Origin: Terriglobia bacterium
GTDB taxonomy: Bacteria > Acidobacteriota > Terriglobia > 20CM-2-55-15
Direction of reading: 5' to 3'
Assembly: GCA_963664115.2 (NCBI GenBank)
Contig: CAXWPJ010000002.1
Coordinates: 640,001-704,000, forward strand
DNA: 64,000 nt
This document shows, one piece after another, positions 21,782-32,000 of the stretch; the first letter of the stretch is position 1, and every line of letters begins with the position of its first letter. The notes beneath the pieces are model-generated. The model ran no database searches and was not told where the DNA came from. It saw only the letters and a program-made list of their open reading frames with translations. The translations under genes and the position numbers were made by a program.

Positions 21782-23935
21782 ATGGCCTTCGGTAATACAT
21801 TCAGCGAATCCTGGCACCGGGTGGCCGGGCTGCGGATCAGCCTGCGGCCCACCGTATCGGCAAGGAAGCAGTTTTTCCGCGGTGAGACCTGGTACGTACT
21901 GGAAGACCCCTTCAACAACAGTTTCTTCCGCTTGCGTCCCGAAGCTTACGAATTCGTTTCCCGCCTGGCACCGGACCGCACGGTTGAAGAGGTTTGGGAA
22001 GGTTGCCTGACGCGCAAACCCGAGGACGCTCCGGGGCAGGAAGACGCGATCCGGCTGCTCAGCCAACTCTATTTCGCAAACCTGTTGTATTTCAAAACGG
22101 CCGGCGACAGCGAGGCGTTGTTTGAGCGGTACCGGCAGCGCCGCCAGCGGGAAACCAAATCCAAGCTCATGTCGATCATGTTCATGCGCATTCCCATGAT
22201 CGATCCCGATCAGATGTTGCGCGCCGTTATGACGGCGATTCGTCTGTTCATCAGCCCGATCGGATTGGCGATATGGGTTGGGGCTCTGGGTTACGCGATC
22301 AAGCTCTTCTTCGACAACTTCGCCGAAGCCGCTGACCAGACCCAGGCCATTCTGGCGCCGTCGAACCTCTTCCTGCTCTATCTGGGCCTGATCGTCACCA
22401 AGACCGTCCATGAGTTCGGCCACGCCATCGTCTGTCGACGGTACGCCGGAGAAGTGCACACGATGGGCATCATGCTGCTGGTGTTCACGCCGATCCCCTA
22501 CATGGACGCCACGTCGAGCTGGTCGTTCCGAAGCCGATGGCAGCGCGCGTTCGTGGGCGCGGCGGGCATGATCTTCGAGCTGTTTGTCGCGTCGATTGCA
22601 ACCGTCGTGTGGGCCAATACCGATGAGGGCACTATACACAGCCTGGCGTACAACATGATGTTCGTCGCGTCGATTTCGACCCTGGTATTCAACGCCAACC
22701 CGCTGCTGCGCTTCGACGGTTACTACATCCTCTCGGACCTGGTCGACATTCCGAACCTGTCGAACCGGTCGTTCCGGCAGATCCGTCACGTCGTCGAGCG
22801 CTACGGATTCGGATACCTGGAATCCGAGAGCCCGTCGGATTCGATGCGCCAGGCCACGCTGCTTGGCGGTTTCTGCGTCCTGAGCGCGGTCTACAAGGTC
22901 CTCGTGTTCACTGGAATCGTTCTGTTCGTGGCCGACAAGCTGTTTCTGGCCGGATTGATCATGGCGGCGGTGTGCGTGTTTGCCTGGCTGGTCGTTCCGT
23001 TAACTCGGCTGCTGACCTACATAGCGACCGGTCCGCACCTGGCGCGGAAGCGGGCCCGCGTTGCCCTGGTTTCGCTCGGTACACTTGGCGTCGTTTTCGG
23101 ATTTCTGGGCGTCTTCCCCTTCCCCAATCATTTCCGTGCCGATGGCGTTCTCGAAGCCGCCCGATTCCAGCTCGTCGCCAACGATGCGTCCGGCTACGTC
23201 GTTGCGGTGCGGACACCACCGGGTGCAACGGTCCAGCCGGGAACCCCGCTGTTCGAACTGGCCGATCCCGAGCTTCAGTTCTCGATCGATTCGGCCGAAG
23301 CCGAGCGTCGGGAAACCCTGGCCTTTATGCAACGGGCCCTGGACAGGCAGATCGCCGAAATTGAGCCGATTCAGAAACGGCTGGACACCATCGAGCAGAA
23401 GATTGCCGACCTGGAACAGGTTCGCGAATCTCTGCTCGTGGTAGCCGCACAAGAAGGTATCTGGGTCGCGGCCGAGTCCGGTCAGCTCGACGGGTCGTGG
23501 GTCCAGCGCGGTTCGATCCTGGGCCAGGTCATCGACGAGGGTCAGTTCCGGTTTGTGGCCGCTGTTCTCCAGGACGAAGCGTCCAACCTGTTCGCCGAAG
23601 CGATTCGAAAGGCCGAGGTCCGTGTTCGCGGACAAGGGGGATTGACCGTCCCGGTCCAGTCCTATGAAGCCATTCCCTTCGAATACCGAAACCTCCCCTC
23701 GGCTGCGCTGGGCTGGCTGGGCGGTGGTGACGTGCCGGTTGCCGCCGATGACGAGACCGGTGTGGCGGCCACCGAGCCGTTCTTCCTGATCTACGCCGAT
23801 CTGGACGACGTGGGTGAGGTGGCGTATCTCCGCGGTCGGCGTGGCGAGATCCGGTTCACCCTGGAGCCGCAGCCGCTGCTGGCGCAGTGGTACACGAAAT
23901 TCCGCCGGTTATTGCAGGAGCGGTACCAGATTTGA
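21782..23935 (+). CDS. PqqD/RRE-like - peptidase M50 (site-2 protease) - HlyD adaptor fusion
   Basis: N-terminal YVLEDP..FFRL..TVEEVW..LSQLY..NLL; HEFGH zinc motif and NANPLLRFDG in a TM region; C-terminal biotinyl/coiled adaptor. Confidence 0.85.
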   Translation: MAFGNTFSESWHRVAGLRISLRPTVSARKQFFRGETWYVLEDPFNNSFFRLRPEAYEFVSRLAPDRTVEEVWEGCLTRKPEDAPGQEDAIRLLSQLYFANLLYFKTAGDSEALFERYRQRRQRETKSKLMSIMFMRIPMIDPDQMLRAVMTAIRLFISPIGLAIWVGALGYAIKLFFDNFAEAADQTQAILAPSNLFLLYLGLIVTKTVHEFGHAIVCRRYAGEVHTMGIMLLVFTPIPYMDATSSWSFRSRWQRAFVGAAGMIFELFVASIATVVWANTDEGTIHSLAYNMMFVASISTLVFNANPLLRFDGYYILSDLVDIPNLSNRSFRQIRHVVERYGFGYLESESPSDSMRQATLLGGFCVLSAVYKVLVFTGIVLFVADKLFLAGLIMAAVCVFAWLVVPLTRLLTYIATGPHLARKRARVALVSLGTLGVVFGFLGVFPFPNHFRADGVLEAARFQLVANDASGYVVAVRTPPGATVQPGTPLFELADPELQFSIDSAEAERRETLAFMQRALDRQIAEIEPIQKRLDTIEQKIADLEQVRESLLVVAAQEGIWVAAESGQLDGSWVQRGSILGQVIDEGQFRFVAAVLQDEASNLFAEAIRKAEVRVRGQGGLTVPVQSYEAIPFEYRNLPSAALGWLGGGDVPVAADDETGVAATEPFFLIYADLDDVGEVAYLRGRRGEIRFTLEPQPLLAQWYTKFRRLLQERYQI

Positions 23936-25917
23936 TCGTTCCCAGCCATGACTACATGCGGACGGCCACGGTGGAACCGCCCGAGTTTCATCGTGGGTGG
24001 GATGGGGCGGCCTACGGCATCGTCGGCGCGTGGAAACGCCGACCAACCACACTCGGCCGCTTCGGGCGCCAGGCGGACCGGATCTATGACATGGCCGGCC
24101 GGCTTGGACATTTGTCCGACAGCGCTCTTCGGGAGCGCATGTCCGGATTTCGGGAGCGATTCCGGTGCCACCGGGTCCGGGATGACGCGGTGGTCTCCGA
24201 GGCTCTGGCCGCGATCGTCGAGGCCGCTGAACGGAGGCTGGGACTGCGGCCATACCCGGTGCAGATCGTCGGTGCCCTGGCCATGGATCACGGATTTCTC
24301 GCCGAGATGGCCACCGGCGAAGGGAAGACGCTCACCGCCTGCCTGCCGATGATCCTGGCCGCCTGGACCGAGCGCCCCGCACACCTGGTCACGGTAAACG
24401 ATTACCTCAGCGACCGCGATGCAACGGAGATGGGTCGCCTCTACGCTTTCTGCGGTGTTTCAGCTGCGGCGGTGACCGCCCCTATGGACCAGCGCGAACG
24501 GTACCGGAACTACCAGAAAGACGTCGTCTACGTCACCAGCAAGGAGCTGGTCGCTGACTTTCTCCGCGACCGGCTGCGGTTGGGCAAACTCGAGCATCCC
24601 ACACGACGGCTGATCGCCGGCATGTTGCCCGGCGGTACCATCCGGCCCGACGAAATCGTGATGCGCGGTCTGGACACCGTGATCGTCGACGAGGCCGACA
24701 GCGTTCTGATCGACGAGGCGGTGACGCCGCTGATCATCTCCCGGGCCCGCGATAACGAGACGCTGCGTGAAGCGTGCCGCATCGCGAGCGAGATTGCAGA
24801 TACGCTGGAGCCCGGCAGCGACTATCAGGTCGATGAGCGGTACAAGGAAGTCCGGATCACCGACGCCGGCGAGGCCCGGGTTCTTGATGCCGCGGCAAAA
24901 CTGCCCGGCGTCTGGCAGGGGACCCTGCGCCGCGAGGAGTTGGTCAAGCAGGCGTTGACCGCGCGCGAATTCTATATCCGGGACAAACAGTACGTCGTCG
25001 ACGACGGCCGATTGACGATCGTCGATGAGTTCACCGGCAGACTGATGCCGAACCGGTCCTGGCGGGCGGGCCTCCACCAGGCCGTTGAAGCCAAGGAAGG
25101 CCTGGATGCCACGCTGCCGACCGAGACCCTGTCCCGGCTGAGTTTTCAGCGGTTCTTCCGGCAGTTCCGGCGAATCGGCGGGATGACAGGGACGGCCAGC
25201 GAAGCAGCTTCCGAGTTCTGGCACATCTACGGGCTGCCCGTCCTTCGGGTCCCGACACACCGGCCGATGGTGCGCGATACGTATCCGGACCGGGTATTTG
25301 CGACCCGGGACGAGAAATTCAACGCGATCGTCGATGAAATCGCGGCCTGTCACGAGTCCGGCCGTCCCGTTCTGGTCGGAACCCGAAACGTCGAAGCCAG
25401 TGAGACTCTCGCCTCACTGCTCCGGTCCCGGAACCTGGAATTCAACCTGTTGAACGCCACCCACCACAGCGACGAAGCACGCATCGTGGCTGCGGCCGGC
25501 CAGCCCGGCAACATCACTATTGCGACGAACATGGCCGGACGTGGGACCGATATCAAGCTGGGCCGCGGCGTGGGAGCCATGGGCGGGCTCCACGTCATTG
25601 CCACCGAGCGCCATGAGGCGCGGAGAATCGACCGTCAGCTCTTCGGACGATGCGCACGACAGGGCGACCCCGGCAGCGCGCGGGCCTATATCAGCGTTGA
25701 TGACGAACTAATCAAGCGCTTTGTGCCGGTCTGGGTACGGAACGGGCTCGAAACTGCCGTTGCCGCCGATTTGCCGGCCGCATCGCAGATGGCGCATAGG
25801 GTGTTTCGATATGCGCAAAAGGCGGCCGAAAAACTCGCATTTCGGCAGCGCGCCTCGGTGCTGCGTGCCGATGAGCACCTGGAACGGAGCCTTGGTTTCG
25901 CCGGTCCCGGCAGCTGA
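23932..25917 (+). CDS. Secondary SecA-like DEAD ATPase (C-terminally short)
   Basis: MATGEGKT Walker A, TVNDYL, IVDEADSVLIDEA, IVDEFTGR, GMTGT, TNMAGRGTDI, QLFGRCARQGDPG; ~660-676 aa. Start uncertain (TTG 23932 overlaps the upstream stop; the track gives 23887). Confidence 0.9.
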   Translation: MIVPSHDYMRTATVEPPEFHRGWDGAAYGIVGAWKRRPTTLGRFGRQADRIYDMAGRLGHLSDSALRERMSGFRERFRCHRVRDDAVVSEALAAIVEAAERRLGLRPYPVQIVGALAMDHGFLAEMATGEGKTLTACLPMILAAWTERPAHLVTVNDYLSDRDATEMGRLYAFCGVSAAAVTAPMDQRERYRNYQKDVVYVTSKELVADFLRDRLRLGKLEHPTRRLIAGMLPGGTIRPDEIVMRGLDTVIVDEADSVLIDEAVTPLIISRARDNETLREACRIASEIADTLEPGSDYQVDERYKEVRITDAGEARVLDAAAKLPGVWQGTLRREELVKQALTAREFYIRDKQYVVDDGRLTIVDEFTGRLMPNRSWRAGLHQAVEAKEGLDATLPTETLSRLSFQRFFRQFRRIGGMTGTASEAASEFWHIYGLPVLRVPTHRPMVRDTYPDRVFATRDEKFNAIVDEIAACHESGRPVLVGTRNVEASETLASLLRSRNLEFNLLNATHHSDEARIVAAAGQPGNITIATNMAGRGTDIKLGRGVGAMGGLHVIATERHEARRIDRQLFGRCARQGDPGSARAYISVDDELIKRFVPVWVRNGLETAVAADLPAASQMAHRVFRYAQKAAEKLAFRQRASVLRADEHLERSLGFAGPGS

Positions 25918-26000
25918 ATTCAAGTTGCTGTCGGGCATTTCCCTAGGGATTATTCCCCTGGAAAAATGAGTGGCGGGGCGTGTTTTTGGCGTGTCACTCC

Positions 26001-26030
26001 TTGACATTATGGTGTCTCATGCGTTAAAAG
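26001..26030 (+). promoter_or_regulatory. Possible sigma70 promoter of the giant gene
   Basis: Perfect TTGACA at 26001-26006 and an AT-rich TTAAAA/TAAAAG 17-18 nt later; the -10 is not canonical. Confidence 0.4.
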
Positions 26031-26075
26031 ATCCTAGCTTTAAAGCTTAGAATTACTGGGAAGAGAAAGCTCAAT

Positions 26076-29000
26076 TTGAGTCGAAAGCAAGACAAAGAAC
26101 GCTACAACCTTGAGAACCTCGAGCCCCGAATCCTACTTTCGGGTGACCCCCTCGTCGGTGCCTTAGCCAGTCTTGCGCCCAGGGAGGCCGACTCTGAAGA
26201 GCCCATTCTCACCTCCGTTCAGGAGGTGACGGTTTCGGAAGAAACGCTCTACGAATCCCACACAACCGACTCGGAACCGTACGATCCGGCGGCCTCGGTC
26301 GACGACATTTTCTCTGGTATGACCGGTGAAGATTCTCTCGCCGATGGTGCCGATGACGCGTCCGATTCCTCCGATTCCAGCGACGTCAATTTCCCGATCG
26401 GCGACGACGAAGCCGCGCAAATTGTGCAAGGCCTCGACGAACTGGCCGGCGTCGGCGAGGTGATCAGCGAGTCTGAAACGCTGACCACACCGCTCGATGG
26501 TCTGGGTGATCTATCACTGGGCGACGTCTTCGGCGTGGGCGAAATTCTGGATTCGCGACTGGCGAAATCGGTGTATGACCACTTCGGTGATGCGGTCGAT
26601 CCGCCCACTGTAGAGGGAGTCATAGAGGCCATCCGAAATGGCCTGACTGCCCTGGGTGAACAGGAAATTTCAGTCAGTTCACTCGAGGGTATAGTTGTGT
26701 CTGGCGGCGAACAGATCCGCTTCGACATCGCCTTCACCCTCCGCCAGTCCGGTCAAATCTTTCTCGATCAAGACCTTACCGATTCCGACGGCGCCGAATC
26801 TACCACCTATACCGCAACGCTGAAAGTCGATTTGAGTTTTGGTGTTGATCAAGGCCAGTCCGACAGCTTTTTCCTCATCATTCGTTCTCTTGAGATCGAA
26901 TTGACCGTGAATCAGCCCGGAACGGGAGCTTCTGAGAGCGGCCGTGTCGAGGTCGGGTTCGCTGGGGCGGCCGGGGCAGACGGCGCGCTCAGCGTCGCCG
27001 AACTCGAGGCGATCCAGTCCAGCGGTGCCGAACTGGAGATCGAGGCGACCGGATCGCTGTTCGATGACGGAAGCGCAGATTTTGCGTCACTGGCTGCGAC
27101 CTCTGCGCTGACCACTTCGGGAGCCGCGACCAGCTTCGTGACGTTGGATGAATCCCCTGCCGCAAGCTCGGCAGTGACCACCAACCTCGCCGATCTGACG
27201 CTTGGGCCCAACTCGATCACGACGTTCAATATCGGCGGCACAACCCCCGGCTCCGGATACGACCAGACTATCGTCTCTGGCGACGTCACACTGGATGGCG
27301 AGCTGGCAATCGTCGTGGCCGCCGGCTTCGGCCCGAGCCTGGGCGATACATTCGACATCGTCACGTTCACCGGAAGTGTGAGCGGCGCATTCGTCGACGG
27401 AACCGGCATCTACGGGTTTGGCGATGGTTCGCTGTTCCTTGAGGTCGTCGTAGAAGACAGTACTGCCGAAAGTGACGGTAAGGTCCAGCTGGAAGCCAAG
27501 ACGGCCCCGGGCGGGAATTTCATAACTTCCAGTACGCCACTGCTCAGCGATGTGCTCGGCCTCTATTACAGCGAGTACTTCACGCTGGGCGCTTCGGTCG
27601 CCATCAGCGGTGAGATCAACATCGGCGGATACGTGACCCTCGCGGGAACCTTTGAATTTGGCTTCAGTCTGGATGAGACGGTCACGCTTGGGACCGGATT
27701 GCCGACGACCCTGACTCCCGAGCTCGTGACCACTGTTGGCGCACAAATCGAATTAGCTCTGGCCACGATCCCGGGTACCCAGATTCTTTCCCCTGATCTG
27801 CAGTCGATCACTGGCCTTCCCGTTGCGGTTCTGGAAATCGGCGGTAGCAATATCCACGCGTTCGTGGGTGTGAACGGGCCGTACTGGACAGACCTGAATG
27901 GAAACGGGGACGTCGATACCGGGGAAACCAACGAAAGTGCCACCGGCCTGGCGATTACCAACGTCGATTTCGGTTACGTTGCGATGCAGTTGCTGCCTTC
28001 GGTTGTGGCCTTGCCCCTCAACGCCCAGTTCTTCCAGGCCTTGAAGGCGACCGCATCCCAGGTGGGGTTGGTGGGCGTCCCCAACGTCGAACTGTCGGTC
28101 GATAACGTTCTGATCGAAGTCAACTCGGGTCCGACCTGGACGGCGCTGGGTGTTAGCGGTGACGGGCCGGCGGTGGTCGACTTTGAAGCTAGCTTCCTGG
28201 CCCAGACTGGAACCGACACGGACGGAGACAGCAAGCACGTTGAGCCGGCTGGCTATGAGGTCGGTACCGGCACGGTGCCGGTTTACATCGACCTGGATGG
28301 CAACGAGCGGCTCGGTGCCAGTGTGGACAACGCGCTGCTGTCGATCGGGGGCAGCGACGGCAAGTTTGTCTATGCGAACGGCAACCTGTCGTTCGAGAAG
28401 GGCCCGACCAGCATCGTGACTGTTGCGACCGGTATCCCGGCCAACATCAATGGAACCCCGGCCGGAGACACCATCGAGACGAATTTCGCGACCCGGACGG
28501 GGTTGAGTGGCAGCAGCGCGACACTGTCGGGCGACATGCAGACGATCAGTAACGTTCAGATGGCCAGTCTTCAGATTGGCGGAAGCGCTATTCAGATCTT
28601 CGTGGGCGTCAACGGGCCATACTGGACAGATTCGGACAAGGACGGCAACGTCGATCCCGGAGAAACCAGCGACAACGCGACCGGCGTGTCGATCACCAAC
28701 GTGAACTTCGGTCTGGTGACGATGACGCCGACCCAGGAACTGCCGCTGTTGAGCAGCCAGACCTTCACGGCGTTGAAGCTGACTGGTTCCCAGGTGGGCC
28801 TGGTTGGAGTCCCTGGGGTGGAGTTGTCGGCCGACAACGTACTGGTGGAGGTCAACACGGGTCCGACCTGGACGGCGACGGGTATCAACGGCGATGGCCC
28901 GGCGGTGGTCGATTTTGCCGCCAGCTTCCCGGCGGCGAACGGCTCCCCGGCCGGTTTCGAGGTGCGCACCGGCACGACATCGACGCCCGTCTATATCGAC

Positions 29001-32000
29001 TTCGACGGCAACGAACGAATCGGTGCGAGCGTGGACAACGCGTTGTTGTCGATCGGGGGCAGCGACGGCAAGTTCGTATACGCCAACGGAAACCTGTCGT
29101 TCGAGAAGGGCCCAACCAGCATTGTGACGGTTGCAACCGGTATACCGGCGAATATCGTTGGAACCGCGACCGAAACGGCCTTGAGAGCGCAGTTTGGTGT
29201 GGCGACCCTCGTAAGTAGCAACGTCACGCTGTCGAACGATCTGCAGACCATCAATAACGTGCAGGTTTCAGGCCTTCAGATTGGCGGCAGCAACATTCAG
29301 ATTTTCGCCGGAGTGAACGGGCCGTATTGGACAGATACGGACAAGGACGGCAACGTCGATCCTGGTGAAACCAGCGACAGCGCGACGGGCGTGTCGATCA
29401 CCAACGTGGACTTCGGGTTGGTGACGATGACGCCGACCGTCGAGTTGCCGCTGTTGAGTGACCAGACGTTTACGGCGTTGAAGTTGACCGGTTCCCAGGT
29501 GGGACTGGTCGGTGTCCCGTTTGTGCAGCTGTCGGCCGACAACGTTCTGGTGGAAGTGAACACGGGGCCGACCTGGACGGCGGCTGGTATCAATGGTGAC
29601 GGGCCGGCGGTGATCGATTTTGCCACCAGCTTCCCGGCGGCGGGCGGCTCCCCGGCCGGTTTCGAGGTGCGCACCGGCACAACATCGGCACCGATCTATA
29701 TCGCTTATGACGGCAACGAGCGGATCGGTGTAAGCGTGGACAACGCGTTGTTGTCGATCGGGGATAGCAGTGGCAAGTTCGTCTATGTGAACGGCGACTT
29801 CTCGTTCGAAAAGGGCCCGACCAGTATCGTGAGTGTCGCGACCGGTCTTTCCAGCGACCAGCTGCCAGGCGTTCCGGCCCTCATAAAAGCGCAATTCTTG
29901 GCCGAGGCGTTCCTGAATCAAACCAACGCGACCTTGTCGGCCGACCTGCAGACGATCAGCAACGTTCAGATGTCGAGTCTGCAGATTGGTGGCAGCAACA
30001 TTCAGGTCTTCGTGGGCTTGGGCGGACCGTACTGGACGGACCTGGATCGCAATGATGATGTCAGTTGGGCATTGCCCGATGGAACCACCCGGACCAACGC
30101 CAACGGCACGCCGATGGCGAATTTTGTCCACACTGATGGCGTCACCTACGGTGACCTCAACGGCGACGGTGTGGTGGATGCGAACGAAACGGCCGAGCTG
30201 AGCGAAAACGCGACCGGATTCGCAATCACCAACGTCAATTTTGGTCTTGTCATGTTGACGCCGACCCAGGAACTGCCGATGCTGGGCAGCCAGACCTTCA
30301 CGGCTCTGAAGCTGACCGCCACCCAGGTCGGTCTGGTGGGCATCGATGAAGTTCAGATCAGCGCGAATGACATCACCGTCAGCGTGAACGTCGGGCCAGA
30401 TTGGACAGGTCTGGCTAGCGGGCAGGGACCGGCGGTCGTTGATTTCGTCAACAGTTACCCGGCTGAAGCCAGCAACACCGACAGCGACAACGATGGACTG
30501 TTGGGCGAGCCGGCCGGCTTCCAGGTGCGTACCGGCACTACATCGGCGCCGATCTATATCGATTTCGACGGCAACGAGCGAATCGGCGCCAGGATCGAAA
30601 AAGTCACGCTGAAGATCTCCGAAGTTGTCCATGCGACCGGCAGCATCGAGTTCCTCAAAGGCCCCGTGCAGAGGGTCGGTCTGACCGGCGGGGGCGATAA
30701 GCAGCTGTCGTTCATGACCATTGGCGGGTCCAACCTCCACGCGTTCATTGGCATGGACGGTCCGTACTGGACGGACCTGGACGCCGATGACGACATCAGC
30801 TGGGCCTTGCCGGATGGGACCACCCGGACCAACGCCAATGGCACGGCGATGGCGGATTTCATCCACACTGATGGCGTCACCTACGGTGACCTCAACGGCG
30901 ACGGCAAAGTCGATGCCAATGAGACGGCTGAGCTGAGCACGGAAGCTGTGGGGCTGGTCATCAACGACTTCGATTTCGGCCTGGCAATTATGTCGCCGAC
31001 GAGCCCATTCGACTTCGTCGACTACTTCGCCCTCAAGGCCAGTGCCGATCAGATCGCTCTGGTGGGTATCGACGACGTGACGATCTCGGGCGAGGACATC
31101 AAGGTCGCAGTCAACCATTCCAGCCCCAGTCTCAAAGGCATACCGATCTTCCCGGTCGTCGATTTCAGCAACACAACTGTCCGGCCGGAGTTCGCCAACG
31201 AGGAGTTGGCGCTGTTCGACCAGAATATCAGCGGACGAATCACGCTTGGCGACCTGGCGACCCTGAATGCAGCACTTCCTGCCGCATCCAGATTCGCCGA
31301 CCTCGCGGGAGTCTCCCTGACCGATGCCACACCGGTCGATCACGAAGGCTTGCTCGCCATCCTGAACACGAACGACGCCGGAGACAGTCGGGGCATCATC
31401 GACATCGACGAAGCCGCGGCGTTGCTCGGCGGTGCGACGGCGGTTTCGCAGGTCGAGAATGCGGACATCGACCTCGATGGCAAGATCGATCCGCTCGGTT
31501 TCGAGATTGGCACCGGCGGCGATCCGGTGTACCTGGACATGAATTCGGTCCTGATACGCGCGCAGGGATTTGTCGACATCAAGATTCTTGATGTCGTATT
31601 CCTGTCCGGCAGTGTCGCCTTTGAACTCGGGCCCATCCACACGGTGACCCTGGCCGACGGCGTGACCACCAAGAGCGTCAGCACGATGACCATCGGCGCG
31701 GCCAACGTGACCGGATTCATCGGTGTAGACGGGCCGTACTGGACCGATCTGGACGGCGATCACGAGGTTTCCTGGTCGGATGCGAACGGCGACCCGTTGG
31801 TCGATACGGATGGTGACGGTGTCGTCGATGCGAACGAGACCTCTGAGCTGAACGGCGATGCAGTCGGCTTCCACGTGACCGATCTCGATATCGGTATCAC
31901 CCTGATGGCCGCGACTGCGCTTAATGATCTGGGCGTATACCTCGCCGCCAAGCTCGACGTGAACAGCTTCGGCCTGATCGGAATCCCCGGGCTTACGGCG

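Noticed and set aside
23932-25917. Calling this the housekeeping secA
   Set aside because: Too short, lacks the C-terminal wing, scaffold and zinc regions, and lies inside a tRNA-integrated island.
25938-25965. Imperfect inverted repeat TTTCCCTAGGGA-TTAT-TCCCCTGGAAA upstream of the giant gene
   Set aside because: Could be an operator or weak terminator, but it is too imperfect and unreplicated to call.
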